64,000 nucleotides of DNA from an uncultured bacterium (lineage in GTDB: Bacteria; Omnitrophota; Gorgyraeia; Zapsychrales; Aceulaceae). Below are positions 56,961-64,000 of this stretch, one piece after another; position 1 is the stretch's first letter; every line of letters begins with the position of its first letter. Made by a program: the position numbers and the translations under genes. The notes beneath the pieces are model-generated. The model did no database searches and was not told the origin of the DNA. It saw only the letters and a program-made list of their open reading frames with translations. The stretch is from NCBI GenBank assembly GCA_937930175.1, contig CALGLP010000012.1, forward strand, positions 1,130 to 65,129, given 5' to 3'.

Positions 56961-59900
56961 TTACAACTTGCTCAGCTCCAGACCTTCTGCCTCCTCTTCG
57001 AATACACCTAAAAGAAGGGGCAGGTTCGTCACCGGTGCGACATTGATGATGACAGGATAGAGTCCGTCGACCTGAAGATCCTCAAAATCTTGATTGTTGA
57101 GATCAAATGGGATCGCACTACTCCCCTCTCCCTTGCGCTCAATATTTAGATTCGCCAGATTAAAATCCACACCGCCCTTGATCTTAACTGAAGAAAGTGC
57201 CTCATCTGTGATGGTGCCTTGCTCTAGCCCTGTGGTGACACCCTTAAGATTTTCTTCTAAATCACTATATGAGGTGAACCCCAAAGCATTCGCCATCATT
57301 ACCTTCTTGAATCCTGATAGCTCTTCGCCAGTAAGCTCAAGATAATTCAGAATGACATCCCAAACCGCTTTTTTTGATTTCACCGTCAAATATTTAAGAG
57401 GAATATCCTGCGAAAATGTTACCTCGCCAGGAGATTCATCCTTGCGAAAGCCCGCCTCTTCAAGTTCTTTCTTAGCAAAAATAAGATTAATGCCGCCAAA
57501 ACTGTTGAGAAGGCGCACCCGCGCCATCTGTCCCTGACCCCCAGAGTTAACAAAAATCTTGTCTTTTGACCCTAAAAGCTTTCCTTGGCTTTCAAAAATG
57601 ATCTTATATAAAGCTTCCGACGTTGTAACATGGCCCCAAGCCTCTTCAATACCCGAATAATTCTCAGCCATCCATCCATTAACATCAAAAAACGTCCTAT
57701 AATTTCTTTGTGCAATCTTCTTAAGCGCTACATCTTTTTCTATACCTGGCTGAAGCCTGTCCATTTTATCAATAGCTAATTCTACGGATAACGACTTCTC
57801 AGAAGGAATGTGGGAAGCATTAGCAACAATCCAAGCTCTTGCCGAAACGATGAATTTAAGGGCCTCTTCTGCGCCCATTTGCTTAACAAGACTATTTTCA
57901 ATTTCATATCGAATATCATCCCAAGTAGCATTTGCAAATACATCATCCACTCCCTCCACCCCAAAATCTTTTTTAACTGCCTCGGGTAGGTCGCCTTCTG
58001 CCAGCTCCTCTTTTTCCTTTCCAGCGCTTGCGCCATCATAGCGCAAATATTTCACAGCCCCTGATTTATCAAGAAGCATGACATAAAGTTTTTTCTCAAA
58101 AACTGTAAAATTTACTACGCCGACAAGAAGATAGGGTTTTCGTCCATCAGATAAGGACAGCGTCCCTGGAGCGTCTTCGCGGCCAGCAGGAAAGATCTGA
58201 ATCCCAGGTAAAATAGCGGGATTTGAATCGATATACTCCATTTTTTCTTCGATGGAAAGATACTCTGCCCTGGTAATATTCGCGCGAGGAGCATTAGTAA
58301 AGATTTGCAGAATCCGTGCGTTGATCTGATACCACTCCATCGGCACAAGAGGCGAATTGGCTTTGGCCGCGCCAGATGATGGCAAAGGCTTCTTGGTATC
58401 AACAGGCTTAGAGGGACTTTCCTTCTTTATTTCCCCGCCATATCCAAGCATATGTATGGCATAATAGGCTTCTGGAAAAACATAGTTCATGGCTTCAAAC
58501 CCTACGGGAGGCACAAATTTATTATTTCGCTGAAATTGTGGCCAATGGGTATCAACAATATACGGCATGCCAGCGCCACCCACGTCCACGTAAACCTTCA
58601 AAACTGCATGGGGCACAGCTTGTTTATTGCCGGAATCTTGAAAATCAAAGGGAACGGAAAAATCTTTCTTCTCAAGATCCCAATTGCCGCGGTTTCCGCC
58701 GAGGATATCAAAAAGATCATTGCGAGCAATCTGGCAATTCCTGTCCAAATCATTGCGATGTTTTCTGGCAAGGCCCATAGCCATATCACGCAAAACCGGC
58801 AAGGTCAAGGTAGAACTGACGACCTTCTGCTTCAGTAGTTCATTCTTAAAATTTAAAGTATAAAAAAGAAAATCACGCTTGGCCTCCTGCTTCTCACGAA
58901 TGAGCGGCATGCCATTCTTGAATCCGCCTGAGAACTCAACGGGATAGGCCCCCAGAAACTCAACGGCGCGAATCATGTTCATGTCATCTGTCTCTACCGG
59001 TAAAGCGCTCAACCCTTGAGAAAGCTTACTGTAAAACATAAAACCTTCAACCTTGTTCAAAATATTTTCTTTTTTAAATCCTGCCTTCTCCATTTGCTGG
59101 AGAATAAGAGCCTTCATGAATAAAACATACGAACCTGTCTCAGTCGTGTCGATAAAGCGGATCCCTTTATCTTCGATTTCCTGCCAAGAAATATTAAGCG
59201 TCTCAAAATATTTTGAGAATCCTTCTGCTGCCTTCTGAATACCTGCTTGGTGCTCATTAATCAATTTCGTACGCGGTGATTCGAGGATGCGGCCTTCCGT
59301 GAATGCATTAAAGATAGCAAAGAATTCTTCCTCAAACTTCGCAAATCTATCCTCGGGAACACGGTCCCTCTCCTTCAGATCCATCCGCAGTTTTGCCTCA
59401 GTAATCAGGTAATGAATCGCGCTGGGAAGGGTGTTGGTTTTTTGTCCTCCGGCAAGACTCTCAAAAACCTTGTTGGAGGCAAAAAAACCTTTTTTCTCTT
59501 TTTCCCCTGCCAAATACAGCAAAGCCTCATCTCGAAAGAAATAAATATTATACGCATCGGTGTTTGCAGATTTTCTCTGAATAAAGCGGGTAAAGTTAGA
59601 AGCCGTCTTTGCGGTGTCCCTTATAGTTTCCAAATCATGCCACGCTGGAATCTTCGAAATCCCCATGGCATCCGCAATTTCTTTCATTTCAGCGTCGGTT
59701 ACTGGCCTGTCAATGGTGGCAGAAATGGCATCAACCCATGCGACAAAATCAGAAAACTGATCTCCGATAGGATCTTGATAAAGCTTTCTTATTTTTTCAA
59801 CAAGCGTCGAGGCGGAGGAATTGGTTGTGCCAGGCTGGTCTGCGGGCGCAGCTTGCGCTTGTTCTTCTTCGATGAATTCCTTCACATTCTCTAAAACGAC

Positions 59901-62225
59901 AGTGCGCATCATTTCATAAGTTGGAGCGCTTTGGCCATTTTTCGCTCTTAAGTCCTTATACTGATCAAATGTCAGTCCATACTGACGCATAAAAGAACCT
60001 TCATATCCCTCAAACTCTGAAATCTTGTCGAAACCTTCAGCAAGTCCATCGGCAATATCACTCTTGATGCGATCCATTATGCTTTTGAGAGGTTCAATAT
60101 CTTGCGAACCAAATTCTTTCCCCACCTTTCTATAAAAAATATCATAAATCGACTGCAAAGATTGCCTTAGCTCAAGATTGCTTTCGCTTGCGATATAATC
60201 TCGCAATTCGTCACCGTTTAAGACAAATTGCCTAAAAAATTCCGCTAAAAACTGGTTTGGCCCATACTCTCTAAGATAGGTATTGCGAATAAGGCTTTTT
60301 GTGCTGAAATCCAAGATATTTTCTTCATCACTTGGAAGCAACACGCGATACTCCTTGACGGCCTTGATCTTGTTGTAAAATTCAACAGCGCTTGCGCGAT
60401 CCTCAGAAGAAAAATGGCTCTCAATGCTATGACCAATTTCATGCAAAATCAAACGTGCCAATCCAAACAAATCCCAATACGCAATGCCCAGAGAATCAAT
60501 CGTTACCATTTTCTCTTCGATGTCATAATTCCCAACATCTGGCCGAGCCATTCGAGGAACAGGCATGCCGAACAAAAACTTAGTAATAATTTGCCGGCCT
60601 CTTTCTCCCTCCTTCAAATCTTTCTTATCGCCATAGTCTAAAACCTCTCCAGGGACCAGGGACAACAAGAAAGCAATAAAATTTCTTAAATCTGTCTTGC
60701 CTGCAGGAAACACTTTATAGAAAAACTCAATATTGTGCTCTCTGAACACATCGGGTATTTCTTGATTTACTGCTTTGCTTGGACTACCTTCAGGTGGTTC
60801 TTTGCCTTTAGAATCTTGAAACTTAAATTTAACGTTTTTAAAAACAGCTTTAATTTTTCTTACAAATGCTCCATCTCTTATTCGCTGGATAGCTACCTTG
60901 ATATTGCTCGAGTTAAAACCCCCTGAAAAATACTTACGCGGGATGGCCTTTTTGGCATAGGGGTCATACTCGACCTTCATCATGTTGCAGACACCTTTTT
61001 TGTACGCAGCGAGGTATTGCTGGTAAATAAAATTGACATCAGAAATTAGAGGTTGGAGGTTAGAAGCTAGAAAAAGAACTGAAGATTGAGAATCGATGTT
61101 GGAAGTTAGATTTTTTTCGTTGTTTTTTCTATCTTCTCCCTTCTCCCTTCTATCTTCTATCCTCAATCCTTCCACCTTTCTCTTATCGCTATACACTTTA
61201 TTCAAAATAGAATCCTTGAGCGTTTCCTTAAACCACGTAGCCAAAATCAGCGAATGATAGATCTGGCGCAAATTCGCGAAATTCTTGCCCTCATTGACTT
61301 CCTTTTCCAGGGCCGGGATAAAGACTTCACGAACGATACTAGAAGAGATATCAGAAGTTAGAGGTTGGAGATTAGAAGTTAGAAGAGGCGAAGAAGAATC
61401 TTTTGTGTTGTTTGGATTTGCCTCTTCTCCCTTCTCCCCTCTATCTTCTAACTTCTTTTCTGAATTCTTCTGCTCTGCTAAATAATCACTTTCCAGCATG
61501 ACTTTCAATCGTGATTCCACAATAAACGCCTTGTCGCCATTTTCATAAACAACCGCCTTTTGCGGCATGATCCACACCTTATTAAAGGTATCCACCGGAA
61601 CATTGGTTGTGCCGTATTGTTCAAAGGCTTTTTTGTAAACCTTGGCCCAGAATTCTTTGCCCAAATCAGAATCGGGGTTGATCAAGGATGCGGTGATCTG
61701 CTTTAAAAGATAATCTTGCGCCAACAGATCGCGGCCCATCTCCGTCTGGCCAAAGCCTTCGGGCACGATGCGGTCTTTTTCATAGGGCGAGAGATTGACC
61801 CATAGGTCGTCTTCGGGCATGGTCAAGGACGCGAGAAAATATTTCACAAGCCTTTCTGTTTCTTTGTTAAACGCTTCGCCCTCGAGCTTCGCGTCACCCA
61901 CATCAACAATAAAATCAAATTCAAAAGGATTCGCGGCATTGGTCCTGATCCCGCGCAAGATCGTCGGAACAAAGCCTAGGCTCAACGCCACAGCTGTACC
62001 TGGCGCTGGCAGCCCTAAGGAACTTTGGGCATAGCTTAGGGATGGCAAAAGGGTTTGGGTGAGAAAAATGAGGCAGACAGAAATGGAAATAATCTTTTTG
62101 GAATGAGTAGAAAGTAGAGAGTAGAAAGTAGAGAGTAGAAAACGAAAAGAACGACAAAAAAGAAGGCAAAATTCCTTTTGCGATCTTTGCGTCAGTTGTT
62201 TTATAATATCTTTTTCTCTGTTCAT
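56961..62225 (-). CDS. Giant secreted protein C (1754 aa) with family N-domain, HEIGH zincin-like domain and C-terminal motif
   Basis: Conserved N-domain blocks are present (FEFDFIVDVGD, YFLASLTMPEDDLWVNLSPYEKDRI, VDTFNKVWIMPQKA, LKVMLESDYLA, LEKEVNEGKNF, CNMMKVEYDPY). A HExxH motif sits in LARLILHEIGHSIESH. The C-terminus is GGVDFNLANLN...YPVIINVAPVTNLPLLLGVFEEE. The first 45 codons lie inside an intergenic-looking palindrome, so the exact start is uncertain. Confidence 0.7.
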   Translation of the reverse strand: MNREKDIIKQLTQRSQKEFCLLFCRSFRFLLSTFYSLLSTHSKKIISISVCLIFLTQTLLPSLSYAQSSLGLPAPGTAVALSLGFVPTILRGIRTNAANPFEFDFIVDVGDAKLEGEAFNKETERLVKYFLASLTMPEDDLWVNLSPYEKDRIVPEGFGQTEMGRDLLAQDYLLKQITASLINPDSDLGKEFWAKVYKKAFEQYGTTNVPVDTFNKVWIMPQKAVVYENGDKAFIVESRLKVMLESDYLAEQKNSEKKLEDRGEKGEEANPNNTKDSSSPLLTSNLQPLTSDISSSIVREVFIPALEKEVNEGKNFANLRQIYHSLILATWFKETLKDSILNKVYSDKRKVEGLRIEDRREKGEDRKNNEKNLTSNIDSQSSVLFLASNLQPLISDVNFIYQQYLAAYKKGVCNMMKVEYDPYAKKAIPRKYFSGGFNSSNIKVAIQRIRDGAFVRKIKAVFKNVKFKFQDSKGKEPPEGSPSKAVNQEIPDVFREHNIEFFYKVFPAGKTDLRNFIAFLLSLVPGEVLDYGDKKDLKEGERGRQIITKFLFGMPVPRMARPDVGNYDIEEKMVTIDSLGIAYWDLFGLARLILHEIGHSIESHFSSEDRASAVEFYNKIKAVKEYRVLLPSDEENILDFSTKSLIRNTYLREYGPNQFLAEFFRQFVLNGDELRDYIASESNLELRQSLQSIYDIFYRKVGKEFGSQDIEPLKSIMDRIKSDIADGLAEGFDKISEFEGYEGSFMRQYGLTFDQYKDLRAKNGQSAPTYEMMRTVVLENVKEFIEEEQAQAAPADQPGTTNSSASTLVEKIRKLYQDPIGDQFSDFVAWVDAISATIDRPVTDAEMKEIADAMGISKIPAWHDLETIRDTAKTASNFTRFIQRKSANTDAYNIYFFRDEALLYLAGEKEKKGFFASNKVFESLAGGQKTNTLPSAIHYLITEAKLRMDLKERDRVPEDRFAKFEEEFFAIFNAFTEGRILESPRTKLINEHQAGIQKAAEGFSKYFETLNISWQEIEDKGIRFIDTTETGSYVLFMKALILQQMEKAGFKKENILNKVEGFMFYSKLSQGLSALPVETDDMNMIRAVEFLGAYPVEFSGGFKNGMPLIREKQEAKRDFLFYTLNFKNELLKQKVVSSTLTLPVLRDMAMGLARKHRNDLDRNCQIARNDLFDILGGNRGNWDLEKKDFSVPFDFQDSGNKQAVPHAVLKVYVDVGGAGMPYIVDTHWPQFQRNNKFVPPVGFEAMNYVFPEAYYAIHMLGYGGEIKKESPSKPVDTKKPLPSSGAAKANSPLVPMEWYQINARILQIFTNAPRANITRAEYLSIEEKMEYIDSNPAILPGIQIFPAGREDAPGTLSLSDGRKPYLLVGVVNFTVFEKKLYVMLLDKSGAVKYLRYDGASAGKEKEELAEGDLPEAVKKDFGVEGVDDVFANATWDDIRYEIENSLVKQMGAEEALKFIVSARAWIVANASHIPSEKSLSVELAIDKMDRLQPGIEKDVALKKIAQRNYRTFFDVNGWMAENYSGIEEAWGHVTTSEALYKIIFESQGKLLGSKDKIFVNSGGQGQMARVRLLNSFGGINLIFAKKELEEAGFRKDESPGEVTFSQDIPLKYLTVKSKKAVWDVILNYLELTGEELSGFKKVMMANALGFTSYSDLEENLKGVTTGLEQGTITDEALSSVKIKGGVDFNLANLNIERKGEGSSAIPFDLNNQDFEDLQVDGLYPVIINVAPVTNLPLLLGVFEEEAEGLELSKL
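61041..61180. repeat. In-frame palindromic 'tagaag/ggagg' insertion within giant gene C (insertion 2)
   Basis: agaaattagaggttggaggttagaagctag ... ttctatcttctcccttctcccttctatcttctatcc. It encodes EDRREKGEDRKNNEKNLTSNIDSQSS...ASNLQPLISD between the conserved KRKVEGL and IYQQYL blocks, and is absent in paralog B. Confidence 0.5.
61338..61462. repeat. In-frame palindromic 'tagaag' insertion within giant gene C (insertion 1)
   Basis: agaagttagaggttggagattagaagttagaagaggcgaagaag ... cctcttctcccttctcccctctatcttctaacttct. It encodes EDRGEKGEEANPNN...LLTSNLQPLTSDISSS, the same site as A insertion 1. Confidence 0.5.
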
Positions 62226-62290
62226 CTCTTTCTCTCTATCTACTCTATCTACTCTACCTACTCTATTTACTTTCTACTTTTTCTTTTCCC
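62098..62290. repeat. Large imperfect inverted repeat (gagtagaaagtaga units) between giant genes D and C
   Basis: The left arm (62104-62140) is gagtagaaagtagagagtagaaagtagagagtagaaaa. The right arm (62226-62275) is tctctctatctactctatctactctacctactctatttactttctac, complementary to the left. The 85-nt loop contains TTGCGA-17-TTATAAT on the plus strand. Confidence 0.55.
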
Positions 62291-62292
62291 TT

Positions 62293-64000
62293 CTAACTTC
62301 CAACTTCTAACTTCTCTTTTTCTCCAAGCCCCAGCAGCCCCATAAAGTCGGTCACAGGCGTTACATTAATGATGATCGGCACGAGGCCTTCAAAATGGTC
62401 AGAAAAAATAGGGCTAGAGGAATTAAGGATGAAAAGATTTGGGTGATCAGATTGTGTCATGTTTAACGTGTTAGGTGTTAGGTTGTTTTGGCCTTCCGTG
62501 ACACTTGACTCTTGAAACTTTTCACTATCCTTTATCCCTTGACCCCTTTGCCCCTCTACTCCTTTTACTTTTACATTCATATTCTTAGCGTTAAAATCGA
62601 TTCCTCCTTTGGTGCCACTTGTATTCGCTGACGATGTAAGAAGCTTATCAATATGAATAATAAATTCCGTAAGAACTAAGCCATTATCGGTTCTTGTTTT
62701 TTGAATAGCGCACGGAGCCTTATCCATCAAGGTCGTCACACTCTCAGGGATCTGATCGCCACCCGTATCCGGGGACAATACCGTAGACTTTAAAAAAACG
62801 ATTTTCTTCCCATCAGCAGAAAGGGATCCCTCCCGAAGATCGATCTTGTAACGAACAGGCCCTGCAACACCCCCAGCCTGCTCGTAAAGATCCTGAATGG
62901 CCCCAGCCAACAAGACAGCATCTTTTTCCTCAAAATGCTTGCCATCTAAAAGAGCCGGCATCTCCTGCGCAACAAGACCATTCACAGATCTTATGGATAA
63001 ACTGCTAAATAACGTATTGGTCAGATTATTTTCTTCAACTACATTCATTACCTCTGGACTTAGATTACTATCGATAACTTTTTTATCAAGATTAGTCCTC
63101 ACCTCAATTAACCCAAAAATAGAGCTTAGTGGGTCCTCGCGAACGGAGAATTTAATCGCATCCTCCATTGCCTGCGGAAGCATCGCATGAATAAAAACAC
63201 CAGTTTGATTGATGCCTAAGGTCTTAGCGTCAAAATCCTCCTGATCGCCTTCTGAGCTCAGAGGAGATTTTAAATTAACAGTACGAACAATACCATCCTT
63301 TGCGACAGATATAAAGATCGCAGGAAAAGCCGTATCACCTAAAACAGCAGTACCCCTGCCTTCTTTACCCATATTGTCGGAATTAAGCGTGTCGTCTTTC
63401 TGCACTTTTCCTTTTCGGTATGACCCATCAGAAAAAATATCCTTTAAGTTTGTAACAATTTCGCCTTGTTCATCAAAAACACCCGGACCATAATCAAAAG
63501 CAAAAATCTCTATTCCCCCTGGCACCTCTTTTAAAAGCACAAGGCCTTGGCCTCTTGCATGTTGAATCATGTTTTCCGTGATACCATCAACAACCGCTCT
63601 CTGGTCTGGGGACATGCTTATTAGAGCATCGTCATCTAATATAATTTCACGATTTTCAACAACAACAAGCATAAATCCGCTGTCACGCGCAAATTGCTTG
63701 GCGCTCTCAAATGATTCTGGCCCCTTTTTCCACAAATCAGCCATTTGCTGGACAACGGACGACGAAACAGGAGTCTTTTCTTGTTCACGTACAACATTGT
63801 TCGACGAAACCTTCTGCCTCCTCCACTTCCCGCCATCTTCACTTCGCTCAAAAACCATTTCCTGTTTGCTAGGGGCACCAAGGCCCTCCACGTCATCATA
63901 AAATTGGAAACGGATCTCCTCAATTCGCCCATTTCTCACTTTTCGCGTGAGTCGAACAGACTGAAACCCTTTTGTAGGCATAAGCTTTGTCCCTGTCCAG
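62293..64000 (-). CDS. Giant-protein family member D, 3' portion (reading frame stays open to the window edge; N-terminus not in window)
   Basis: The C-terminus GGIDFNAKNMNV...LVPIIINVTPVTDFMGLLGLGEKEKLEVGS is nearly identical to protein A's. The last roughly 60 nt are about 85-90% identical to the 3' end of gene A. There is no stop upstream of the listed Met, so the gene probably extends beyond 64000. Confidence 0.7.
   Translation of the reverse strand, partial: WTGTKLMPTKGFQSVRLTRKVRNGRIEEIRFQFYDDVEGLGAPSKQEMVFERSEDGGKWRRQKVSSNNVVREQEKTPVSSSVVQQMADLWKKGPESFESAKQFARDSGFMLVVVENREIILDDDALISMSPDQRAVVDGITENMIQHARGQGLVLLKEVPGGIEIFAFDYGPGVFDEQGEIVTNLKDIFSDGSYRKGKVQKDDTLNSDNMGKEGRGTAVLGDTAFPAIFISVAKDGIVRTVNLKSPLSSEGDQEDFDAKTLGINQTGVFIHAMLPQAMEDAIKFSVREDPLSSIFGLIEVRTNLDKKVIDSNLSPEVMNVVEENNLTNTLFSSLSIRSVNGLVAQEMPALLDGKHFEEKDAVLLAGAIQDLYEQAGGVAGPVRYKIDLREGSLSADGKKIVFLKSTVLSPDTGGDQIPESVTTLMDKAPCAIQKTRTDNGLVLTEFIIHIDKLLTSSANTSGTKGGIDFNAKNMNVKVKGVEGQRGQGIKDSEKFQESSVTEGQNNLTPNTLNMTQSDHPNLFILNSSSPIFSDHFEGLVPIIINVTPVTDFMGLLGLGEKEKLEVGS

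Noticed and set aside
56199-62290. Possibility that the tagaag-type repeats are a CRISPR array
   Set aside because: There are no regularly spaced identical direct repeats with unique spacers. The units are short, degenerate, arranged as inverted repeats, and partly translated in frame, and no cas genes are nearby (the Cas4-like nuclease at 31566 is isolated).
1-64000. tRNA, rRNA or tmRNA genes
   Set aside because: Visual scanning for T-loop (GTTCGA/GTTCAA-ATCC) and acceptor-stem patterns found nothing convincing, and intergenic spaces are mostly under 300 bp. A covariance-model scan would be needed to be certain.

Overview
This 64-kb window looks like chromosomal DNA from a low-GC, anaerobic, diderm (LPS-producing) bacterium, and almost all genes run on the minus strand. 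I could not run any searches, so all calls rest on reading the translations and the nucleotide sequence directly. Housekeeping and metabolic content: pyrH (partial), tsf and rpsB; an MsbA-like ABC exporter; a Gfo/Idh/MocA oxidoreductase and lpxB; a complete Bat-type operon (MoxR ATPase, DUF58, a small TM protein, BatA through BatE-like); a large glycoside-phosphorylase-like protein; a polysaccharide deacetylase; GatB/YqeY, DUF167 and a YgjP-like metallohydrolase; two PilZ proteins; a Cas4/RecB-like nuclease; AsmA; a fused MEMO (AmmeMemoRadiSam protein B) and AMMECR1 protein; CcdA; pyruvate:ferredoxin oxidoreductase; anaerobic ribonucleotide reductase nrdD/nrdG preceded by two candidate NrdR boxes; a radical SAM protein; a CheY-like receiver; a CBS protein; and an oxidative-stress island of ferritin, rubrerythrin, an FAD oxidoreductase, a Fur/PerR-like regulator, a PNPOx-like protein, a flavodiiron protein and a rubredoxin missing from the ORF track. 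The most unusual content is a family of four paralogous giant secreted proteins (3054 aa, 1888 aa, 1754 aa, and a 562+ aa gene that runs off the window edge). They share a roughly 400-aa N-terminal module after a signal peptide and a roughly 35-aa C-terminal motif, GG[IV]DF ... P[VI]IIN[IV]xPVT ... LLG[LV]. The middle regions are unrelated and carry enzyme domains: an M48-type HEISH peptidase plus a UbiB/ABC1-type kinase in protein A, and a HEIGH zincin in protein C. A second unusual signal is a short palindromic element built from 'tagaag'-type motifs. It occurs twice intergenically (56199-56346 and 62098-62290) and as four in-frame hairpin-forming insertions inside the conserved N-terminal domains of giant proteins A and C, while protein B lacks them. 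This resembles the in-frame insertions of Rickettsia palindromic elements. I saw no tRNA, rRNA or CRISPR array.
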